Source: Geosiphon pyriformis uo1 (Eukaryota; Fungi; Glomeromycota). From it: a DNA stretch of 64,000 nt. Made by a program: the position numbers and the translations under genes. Below the pieces are notes generated by a model that saw only the letters and a list, made by a program, of their open reading frames with translations, was not told where the DNA came from and ran no database searches. Each line of letters opens with the position of its first letter. The stretch's first letter is position 1. Positions 26,101 through 36,839 of the stretch are shown piece after piece. The DNA lies in contig JAAOMT010000590.1 of assembly GCA_016748015.1 (NCBI GenBank), positions 367,912 through 431,911 of the forward strand, read 5' to 3'.

Positions 26101-29100
26101 AAAAATTTACTAACAAAGAGAATAATACACAAGTATAGTTAAATAATATGGAAAAAACAATTGCAGCCAATAGATGAAATGATGCCAGAGCACTACAAGC
26201 CATCCCATACTTTTTTCAAAATACTACTAACTTATGGTATTAAAGTTTGGCAAATAAACTCCAAGATTTCAATATGTTTAAACTTGAGTTCCTAAAATAT
26301 TTTAATAATAATAACAACATTAACTGCTTAGCCAATACTTTTATCATCATTAAACAAGAAGATACTAAAACTGTCACCACTTACCTGAGATGCTTCTACT
26401 GGACTTTGTGCCAAATTCAAGCAATTGACACAGTTTACTTTACAGAACTGCAAATTTTGAACCAGTTTATTTGTGGTCTGCACAGTAATATTTTATAATA
26501 TGTATATCTATTACATCCAGGCAATTTTTAAGCCACTGTTATACATGCCAGAAACTTTGAATTAGCTGAACTCAAAGCCAATCATGCCCAAGCCATAAAT
26601 CTAATGATAAACAGATCATCTAAATTGAATTCTAAATTGAAACAATTCAGTGATTTAATCAACCAAAAATTGGAAGAATATTTAGCTAACAATCAGACTA
26701 TCTATTAATCTCCACAATAATATAATAATCAAGGAAACTCAAATTGTTTCCAAAATCAGTCACATCTTTTATTGTCAACCAATCAACCATAACAGCCAGA
26801 AATACATATCTGCCACAATTGTGGTAAATAAGATTACATCAGAATTGATTGCTGTTATAATGATAATTTATGATCAGAAAATTAATATTAAAATCCCAAT
26901 TGTTGGTTTTAAACTCCAAACTATTTCCCAAATTAAGATTCATATTAACTCTATTACTTACAAATAATGCAACAATTAATATATTTATCTTCAGTACAAT
27001 CACAAATAATCTATCAACTGCAACCAATTCAAACACTACCATCAAATTTAGCTCAAATATCACCCAAAACTCAAAAGCTGAGAATTACACACACTCAACA
27101 AAACTAGAGATTAGTAATAGTAATACACTAATCAATCTCCAGTTTATTAAGTCAACTATCAGAATTTCACTAGCAGAGTTTGGGAACTGAGTACAATCAA
27201 AACCCAAATTCCCAAAACTATTTAAGTCTCTTAGTTACTCCAGAAGAGGCCAAACTCAGCAACCAGAAACCCAATCAAATCTAACTACTCACCAACAACA
27301 TACTTTCAACAACTATTACTAATGATGAATCACTAGCCACAATATTTCCCTTTAAGCTAGAAGAGCCAACAACAACATTTTTATTTAGTGGAGCTGCCCT
27401 TGATACTAAACTTATTACCACAATGTACACTAATGTCAAAGTCAATGGTTAGTCTATCAAACTGATTCTAGACAGTAAATTAGCTGGCAGTATTATTACA
27501 TAACAACTTATGAACCAATTAGGTTACTGAGTTAATTATGCTGTCAGCACCAGAATTATCACTGCTGATAAAGTAACAAAAATGCCTATTGGTAAGATTG
27601 ATGACTTTTTATTTGAAGTCAATGGCATTATTATGTTTATAAAGATTCTTGTCATAGAAATCACACAGTATCAAGTCCTCATTGGTAATAACTGGCTAAT
27701 TAGAACCAATGTTATGCTTGACTGAACCACTTAAGAATTGCAACTCAGCCAAAATAGTTAGTACACTCAAGTACCAACTACTTGCAGTTATTTCAAACCT
27801 AACACCACACCAGCACTACTTATAGAATTTGAGGAAGAAGAAAAGAAACCTACCTGGAAAGCCTATTAAGTCTTGTGGGCCAACACTAATCACAACAAAT
27901 TATTATCAATCTTCTCTTGAGACAATAAAAAAAAAGGAAAAGAAGAAAACAAGCCACAAAAAAACACCACCATCAGCAAAACTACTAGTAATTGGGAAAG
28001 ATCCTATTTAATTGACATCAGACCAGAGCCACCATATATTTTACTTAAGTACAAAGACTACAAAAAAAAGCTGTTCTCCATAAGAGCCTAAATTATGTTT
28101 AACAAAGATTATTGAACATACATATACTATTACTACAAGCCATGCTACCATGAATGCTATGGCTACCCAAAAAAACAGAAAAAGTGGGACAATAAACTAT
28201 GTCTTACTTGTGAGAAAACTCTACTCGATGAAAGAATGTGGAATGACATTTCTGGTCAAGGAGAAATGTGTGAGGCTTTGTATTAATACACAATTTTCAT
28301 AAGTAACTAAGTGAGTTATGAAATGTCTTTCAATGTTACATGGAACTAAGCTTTGTTATGCTTAGATAGTTATTCACACAATGAAGACAAGATTTGGAGA
28401 ATAGCAAAAGCCAAGATCAAAAATACTTTGTTCAATGAGATTCTGAAAATAAAAAACAATCCACTAAAACTAGTTGACATTATTTTTATTCTCAATTTTG
28501 ATGTATTTTTTGATATCAAAGCTGGTCCAAAAGAATTCTATGAGCACTACTAAAATTTAGTGCCAATCAGACAGGAACAAAAGCAATATTTACAATTAAA
28601 CACTTGACTTTGTGATAACTGTTTAATATTATGTGATTTTCAGTATTGTAATAATTGTGATCTTATTTATAATCTACTATCATGCATGATCTACATGATC
28701 TCAAAAAAAAAAGAACCAATCAGCAGCTGTGTCTTGAAATCAAAATTAAAATTCAATTCTAATTTAAACTTCAACAATAATGACAATAATAATAGTTCTA
28801 GCTCTATTTAATATGACAATAATAACAATAAAGATTCAAACTTTAATTCAAACTCAGAACAATATATTACACTCTCTGATCTTTTAAAGAAGCAATAACT
28901 TAAATAGCTCAATGATAATAATAAAAATATTATGTTAGAATGTGTACATAATACTAATACAGGATTTGATTTAAGATATCCAGAAAAAGTTGTTATCAAA
29001 TTAGAACCATATATGTGCATCTGTATTAATCTGAAAATAGCACTGAAAATCCTAGCAACAACAATAGTTCAACTAGCATCTAGAAGTAGTTTAGCAAAAA

Positions 29101-29423
29101 AAAAGATTAATATAAGAGAAAAAATAATTGATGCAGAATATGTAGAAAATATCATTACAATACTACAAAACAATTCAGAAAAAGCTTATATTATTAAACT
29201 TAACAAAAAAATAGCACAGGCAATATTCCTACTTTTGGTTAAAATAGCTCAGCTAATATCAATAGAAAATAGAGAAAAATTAAGAATGACAGCAAAAAAA
29301 ATAAGTGAATTCAGATCCATAAGTAGAATAGATATACCAGTTAATATGGCAAAAGAAGAAGTTATTGACAAAAAAAAAATTATCTCCATCCATTAATTAA
29401 TTTTTATTTCATTATATGACCAG

Positions 29424-30253
29424 TGTTACAGGTGACTATTTCTGCTGTTAAATTAAATAACAAATTCATAACTTGGTGCTTAAAAACTACTTCTGTTGAT
29501 GATGTTCTGCAAGTGTTGTATCTGAAGGTTTTGATGGAGTCCTTTGTATAATGGACAGAGATTCAATAGTGTCAATAGTAGATGTATCTTTCCAAAAGTT
29601 TTCTCAATTTTTTTCTTAGCATGGTGGCCAGATTTAGTCTGGCAGTCATGCCTTTCTAGTAAGCTATCCGATAATATATAAAATTCTATCCTTATTTCTG
29701 GGTCTTTTACCAGGCTATCCTTGACATTAATAACTCAGTGCTTAATCCTTTAATCAATTAGTATACAACAACAAAATCAAAGAAAAAAAATAAAATAAAG
29801 AAAATAAAAATAAAGAAAATAGAGAAAATAAGCCAAGGCAATTTGATACATTAGTATTCCATTAATAGTCATGATCAAGAGTTATTGTTCCAGCGTAGTT
29901 AAGTATCAATTACTATCAACACTTCATGTTGATAGTAGAGAGTGAGTTGAGATATGAAATAATTATTTATTTGATGATTTTGTCTCTAGGCTAAGGATTC
30001 TGTGGTATCAATTCTGTCTTTTCTGTTTTTATCACTACTGCTATATATACAGATTTGAGATTCCCCAATTCCTCAATTCTTCATGACGGGAATCCTGAAA
30101 TTCCTGGAATCCTGCGATTTCTCATTGGGAAATCCTGAAATTCCTAGAATCTTGCAATTCCTGAGAGAAATCCTGAAATTCCACATTTACTATGCCTACT
30201 TCTGATTGGCTAATAATTATACTAATATATTTCCTATATTTTTATGAGTAACA
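29424..30253 (-). repeat. 3' LTR of copy A
   Basis: tgttac...gtaaca termini; direct repeat of 38644-39435. Confidence 0.95.
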
Positions 30254-30268
30254 TTATTCTCTCCTTTT
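30254..30268 (-). other. Polypurine tract of copy A
   Basis: aaaaggagagaataa on minus, immediately before the 3' LTR. Confidence 0.85.
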
Positions 30269-30926
30269 AATATTGAGCTCTGTCAAAATCCAACTTGTTT
30301 AATTCCTCCTCTTGAAGTATTTCCTGGATTTCGTTTTCAAGAATTACTTGTGTTATTTGGGTCTGTAATTCTTCAAATTGAGCATTGGTGATCTTTCTTA
30401 ATTGATTACTGGTAACCATATCTATTGCTTTGTTGAGTAATATTTTTGGTCTATCTTGAAATACTATGTGTATTTGGTATATGGCTCGGGCCTGTGTAGA
30501 TAAGTTGTTCTTTCTCACAAAATGTTCTAATTGTTGTAGTATTCTTTTGTCGAATAATCATTTTGTTTTATTCATATATAGATTCTGGATATTTACATGT
30601 TGTCCCAAATAAAAATAACAGTAATTTCATGGGAATTGTTGTATCCACCAATTCCAAGTTTCTTTAGTCAACTCTTGATATAGTAACTCTTTTGTCAACT
30701 CTTTTATTGCTAATTTTACTTTCACAATGATTTTGTCCACCGTATTTTCAGTTTTCTTCTGTGTTCTGAGTTGTAATGTCTTTTGAGTATTTTGATATCA
30801 AATGGTTTGTTGATTGATTGTAATCTCCATTTCCTGGTGTTGGATCAATTGAAAAAGTTGTTGTGCTAGTGAGTAAATGTTGTCTGTAATTTCCATTTTT
30901 CTGATATTTTCTGTTGTGTCGACCAT
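30267..30926 (-). pseudogene. ORF3 of the Gypsy element, unknown 219-aa protein in the env position
   Basis: ATG at 30926 is in frame with ORF 30267-30518. A few internal TGA stops (probable CGA>TGA). Homologous sequence is present in B (~42590-43250) and C (~17105-17770). Confidence 0.75.
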
Positions 30927-30949
30927 GTTCTTATATATTCTTTTGTCAA

Positions 30950-32332
30950 TCAATTGGATGTGTTGTTGTCAATAATAATGATTGGTTCCAGATCTCGTGG
31001 AATCTCATCTGGTTGGACTAGTATTCTTTGTACTCCTAATTGTGGAATATTACTGGTAGATAATAATGCTATATGGTGGTATGGTTTCAGTCGATCTCTA
31101 TGTGCTGCTTTGGTCAAGATTTTGTTATTCAATCTTAATTTGTAAGCTCTGTTTCTTAGAATTTCTTCTATGTGAAATGGTCCGTCTCATTTGGGGTCAA
31201 ATTTTCCACTCCATTGTTTTTCCGCTTTGGTACGATGTAGTAGTACTTTGTTTCCAATCCTGAATTCAACTGGTTTATCTGGTAGTTAATTATCATGTCT
31301 TTCTTTTTGTTTCTTTTGTGACTTTTGTATGTTATCAGCTGCTCTTCGTCATTTGTTTTCTAATGTTTCCATTAAGTTATATGTTCTTCTCAACAATGTA
31401 TTTTTGAAATTTTCTTCTGTTATTGGTTCGGTTGGGTATGTGCTGACTTCTATTTTCACTGGTAGTGTTGCTGTTTTACCATATACTAATTCAAATGGTG
31501 TTACTTGTGTAGTATTTTGCTTCATTGTTCAATAAGCAAATAGTACTGATGGTATCAACAAATCCCAATCATTCTGGTTTTCTTGGCTGAGTTTAGCTAT
31601 TGCTTTATACAATGTTCTGTTAAATCTTTCGACTAATCTATTGGTTTGTGGATGGTATGATGATGATAGTGGTCTCTTAATTCCGAATCTTTGGCTCAAT
31701 TCTGTTAATGTTTTATTCACAAAATGAGTTTCTTGGTCTGATAATAATTCTTTTGGACATCCATGTCAACAGATCAAATCCTAATGAATAAATTCGGCAA
31801 CGGATTTTGCATCCGCTCTTTGAATTGCTTTCACCTCTGGCCATTTAGTAAGATAGTCTATGGCTACTGCTATGTACCTGTTTCTTCTGCTGGTAATTGT
31901 TAATGGTCTGACTAGATCAATTCCAACATGGTCAAATGGTTGTCCTACTTTGATTGGTCTTAATGGTTTACTGGGTTTTGTACCTCCTCTTCGCTGACAA
32001 GCATCACAATTTTGAACATATTGGATGATGTCTGAATACATTGATGGCCAATAGTATCTTTTTCTGGTTCTTTTTATGGTTGCTTCTTTATGAAAATGTT
32101 CTGTTGTTGGATTTGAGTGCATGTTGAATAATATTGTCTCTTTTTCTGGCTCTGTAATTACTCTAATTGGTTGATCTGGATCTTTTCTATTTTTCTGATA
32201 AAGTATATTTTGGTGAGTAATAAAATATTTTGATTGTTGTTTGATACTCTTTCGTTCCATTTGAGATAAATTCTCCTTGAACTGTTGAGTGTTTATATAA
32301 TGTTGAAGTTGTTGATATTTTTGTATGTTCAT
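30950..32332 (-). pseudogene. Integrase (HHCC, DDE, GPF); no chromodomain; has its own ATG
   Basis: H..H...CDAC, GIDLV / LLSDQ / LVERFN, YHPQTN, DGPFHI. Confidence 0.93.
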
Positions 32333-32393
32333 CTTTTGTTATATTTTTTGTTGGTATTGTTCTGGTTTGTTATATTTTTGTGTTAAAATGTTC

Positions 32394-33700
32394 TTAGATT
32401 TGTCTTATTCACGACAAACCATTAGCATTTCCATTGTCCTTTCTTTTCTTATAGTGTATTATATAAGTATATCATAATAGTGCTATTTTCCATCTGGATT
32501 GGCAGCCATTATCAAATTCTTGCTTTTGAAGTGATGTTAACCCTTTATGATCCGTGTATATATCAAACTTTTGGCTCAAGTATTCATTCCACTTCATAAC
32601 TGCCCAATATATTGTTAAATGTTCTAATTTGGGTGTTTCATAGTTTTTTTCGGCTGGTGTTAGACCTCAACTGGCATATGCTACTGAATGTTCTCTGCCA
32701 TTTGGTCCCTTCTAAGATAGTACTGCTCCCAATGCTTGGCTGGATGCATCAATGGTAATGATAAATGGTTTGTTGTGATCTGGGTAGATCAGTACTGAAG
32801 CTTGAATGAGCTTTCTTTTCAGAATATCAAAAGCTTCTTGTTGACTTTCTGTCCATTTATATTTGGTATTCTTGGTTTGCAAATTATTGAGTGGTTAAGT
32901 TATCTTTGAAAAGTTCTTTATAAAGCGTCAATAGTAGCTTGTGAATCCCAAGAATGACTTCAATTCAGTCACATTGGTTGGTACTGGAAAGTTCTTTACT
33001 ATCTCTATTTTCTCTGGATCCGTTTTAATGCCGTCTTTGCTGACTATGTGTCTCAAGAATTTTAGTTCTGTCTTGCCAAAGAAGCACTTTGTTGCATTTA
33101 ACTTTAGTCCTGCTTTTCTCAGTTTTTTGAACACTTGTTGAAGATGATGATGATGATCATCAAATGTTTTTGAGAATACGTTGGTGTCATCCAAGTATAC
33201 AACTACTGATTTCCACAATAAGCCAGTATAGATGATTTCTATTAGCCATTGGAAAGTGGCTGGTGCGTTGGTTAAACTGAATAGCATTACTTCAAATTCA
33301 AAATTCCCTTCTCTCGTGGTGAATGCCATCTTCTCTTTGTCGGCTGGATCCATGGCTACTTGCCAGTAACCACTGTCCAAGTCTAATGTTGAGAACCATT
33401 TGTTTCTGCCAAAAGCATCGAATAGTTCTTGTATCCATGGAGTTAGATAGCTGTCTCTATGAGTTACACTATTTAGTTTTCTGTAGTCCACACAAAATTG
33501 GATCTTTCCATTCTTCTTTTGGACAAGTACTACTGGTGACAACTATGGGCTCATTGATGGCTGAATTAACCCATTGTCAAGCATTCAGTTGATCTCTTGA
33601 TGGATGATTTCATGGCTGACTGGTAGTATTCTGTATGCTCGCTGTTTGATGGGCATTGCATCTTTAGTATTGATCTGATGCTGGATAATATCAGTTTGGC
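32394..33700 (-). pseudogene. Reverse transcriptase plus RNase H
   Basis: SPVVLVQKK, FCVDYRKLN, FSTLDLDSGYWQV, LTNAPATFQ, VYLDD. RH motifs DASSQALGAVL, YTDHKGL, NANGLS. Confidence 0.95.
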
Positions 33701-34214
33701 CAAACTCATTTTCGCTGGCAAAGATGTCATTGAACTGGTTAAGCAACATTTTGAGTTGCATACATTGGAATGAATCTAAGTTTTCCATGTTTATTTGTTC
33801 CAATTGTTCTGGTTGGAGCAAATAACATTCACTTCGTCTGTATATTGTTTGTGATGTGATATCAACATATCCACAAAGTTGTGGAAAGTCTGGAATGGGA
33901 TTTGGTGGTTGATCCTCCATTTCAGTGTTTAAGTATCCAATAATAGTTCCGGCTGGTATTTCTATGACATTTCCTGTATTGTTGTAAATGGGAATTTTGA
34001 TATGGCTGTAATCTTTGGCTGGTATGTGGAGATTAATGAGTCCAACTTCTCCTAATTCACAAAGACTGGCTTCTGCTTCAAAAATTTGTGCTTGGTCTTT
34101 TCCCTTTCTTTCTATTGCTAGCATGTACTGGTTATATGGTGAAATGGAAATAGCTTGACCAGTTGAGATAATTTTTCCTTGGCCAACAATTTCTTCTTCC
34201 GCCATATTAACTAG

Positions 34215-34620
34215 TACATCTATTCTACCCGTTAATCTGAATCCCTGTATTCCTCTCGCTATTATTCCTAATTCCTCTCTCTTTCCCACTGATATTAACT
34301 GAGCTATTCTAACCAGAGGCAGGAATATTGCCCTTTTCATTGGGCTCTATTATATAGGTCTTTTCTGAGTCATTTTGTAGCATAGCAATGATATTTCTCA
34401 CATATCTCACATCAATTATTCCTCCTTTTATATTAATCCCTCTTTTTGTTAAACTACTCCTGGATGCTAATTGAACCATTGTTGTTGCTAGAATTTCTAG
34501 TGCTACTTTCAGATCAATGCAGGTGCATGAATGTGGTTCCAATTTGATGATTTCTGTTCCCGGATATCTCAGATCAAATCCTGCATCAGTATTGTGTGCG
34601 CATTCTGACATAATACCTTC
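34215..34620 (-). pseudogene. dUTPase domain within pol
   Basis: AGFDL, LASRSSL, GGIID..Y and RGIQGF.LTG. Motif 4 IAQ is lost by a small deletion in A but present in copy B (28932-29396). Confidence 0.9.
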
Positions 34621-34859
34621 ATTATTATTGCTGAACCATTTCAGTTCTTGTTCCTTGGTGAGGTCAGGAAGCGTGATATATTGTTCATAGCTTGAGTCGG
34701 AGTTTGAATCTGAGTTAATATTGTTGTCATTGTCATTGCCATTTTGAACGAAGCTGGAACCATTATTCTCGTCATCGTCATTGTTAGGGTTTGAATCAGA
34801 ATTGAGTGGCGATTCCGACTTCAATGCGCAGCTGCTGATTGGTTTTTCCTCTTCGGGGA

Positions 34860-35500
34860 TTGTGTAGATCATGCGTGGTGGTGGATTGTAAATGAGGTCA
34901 CAATTGTCACAATATTCAAAGTCACTGGGAATTAAACAATGGTGACATCATTTGTGTTAGCTGTTGTTTTTGTTTCTTTCTAGTGGGTGCCAAGTTTTGG
35001 TAGTGTTCATAGAACTCTTCTGGTTCCAGAAAATTTATGACTGGTTCTGCGTCCCAGTCAAGCTCGATGGGTTCTGGTGGGTTGTTTTTAATTGTTCTGA
35101 TTTCTTTTGGCAACATGCCTTCAATTTTGGTGGTTGCCATCTGCCATAATTCATTGTCATTATGTGGACAACTGTCCAATTGCTATACAGCTCTTCTTTA
35201 GGTGGCTTCTATGGATGTTCCCTTCTTGACCCTGTTGCTGATGAGGATTATGTATTGGCAGAACACATTGCACGTTTCTCCTCTCCCTGGAATGTTGTTC
35301 CACATTCCTTCATCTAGCAGAGTCTTTTCACAAGCGAGACAAGGTTGGATATCCCATTTCCCTTGTCTTTTTGGTTGTCCAAAATGTTCGAGTAAGCATG
35401 GATAACAGTAAAACTTTGTTGCAGTGTGGTATTCCTTATTGTCACCACAGCATGCATCCATTGATGACAGTTTCTTACCACAATCGATGCACACAAGTCT
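34860..35500 (-). other. Cys-rich multi-CxxC insert between protease and dUTPase
   Basis: CIDC, ACC, CYPC, CLAC, CNVFC and later CDNC. Homologous sequence in B (28040-28670) and C (21620-22240). Confidence 0.7.
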
Positions 35501-35869
35501 TGGCCATCGATAATTGGATTGTTGTGGAGTGTGGTGGGTGTAGGAATTATAAATGGTGGTGGTTGGTGGTGTTTCTTCTTTTTTTTTTTTTCCTTTTCCC
35601 TTATTTTTATTCCATTCCCAACTGGAGGCTTCTTCTTGTTCATTGTCAGTCCAAGTCAGATCATCAGTTTCCCAGGTAAGTTCATTTGTCTGCTTTTCTT
35701 TCCCATTGTTGTTCCAAGAGAGTATTGGTGGCAGCTTGTTGTGTTCTTTGTCAGCCCACAACACTTGGTAGGCTTCCCAGGTTGGTTTTGGTTTTTTTTC
35801 CTCGAAGTTGATTAGTGATGCCGTGGTGTTGGTAGCCTTGAAGTGGCCACACATTGCTGGTACTCATGT

Positions 35870-36230
35870 GTATTATCCATTTTGACTGAGTTGGAGCTCT
35901 TGTGTATTCCAGTCCAAAGTGGTGTTTATCTTGGACAACCAGTCATTACCAACTAGGGCTTGGTATTGGGTGGCTTCCATAACAAATACTTTGATTAGTA
36001 CTATAATGCTGTTAATTTTGATTGGTAAGTCATGGATTTTGCTGATTGGAGTCTTGGTTACTCTATCGGCCATAATAATTCTGGCGCTAGCAGCTCAATC
36101 AACTCGGCGACCTAATTAATCCATAAGTTGTCATGTGATGATGCTGTCTGCTGAACCACTGTCAAGAATTAGTTTGATGTGATGGCCATCAATTTTCACA
36201 TCAGTGTACATAGCAGTAATTGGCTTTTCT
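35870..36230 (-). pseudogene. Retroviral-type aspartic protease
   Basis: KLILDSGSA active site; ALVGNDWL C-terminal motif. Confidence 0.92.
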
Positions 36231-36839
36231 TCTAGTGCGGCTCCACTAAATAATGGCATGTTTGATGATTCCTCAAGTTCAAATGGAAAAATGGCATTCA
36301 GTAATTCGTTGTTGGTGACTGTTGCTGGCAGAATATTGCTGGTACATGTTTGTTGTTTTTGGGTGGGTTTCTGGTTGCTGGGTGAGACGTCTTCTGGGGT
36401 AACCAGAAGACTTAAATAGTTCTGGGAATTTGGGTTTTGGGGATTCCTGGTGCCCAAATTTCATTGACAAGATCCTGTTTAACTGAAGAGGCTGGGAATT
36501 GGCTGATGAACTACCATCAATAATCTCCAGTTTTGCTGCATGATTCTTGGTCTTTGGACTCCGCTGGCTGGTAAGTTTTGTAATGAAGTCTGAATCATTT
36601 GGGGTTGATAGATTGTTGGTGGTTGTAGTTGATATATTACCTGTGGTTGTTGCTGATAAATTGGGGCCATTGATTGATAAATTGGCACTTGATATACTGG
36701 TGGTTGATAAATTAATTGCTACATCATTGGGAGGTAAATAGTTTGATATTGTGTTGAGTTTGATTGATGATTCAGAGTTGAGAACCGGCGATCAGGATTT
36801 CGATATTGATTTCCCAATCATTGGTTATTTAAATGCTGG

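Noticed and set aside
30950-31140. Chromodomain at the integrase C-terminus
   Set aside because: No aromatic-cage or YLVKW-type motif after the GPF module.
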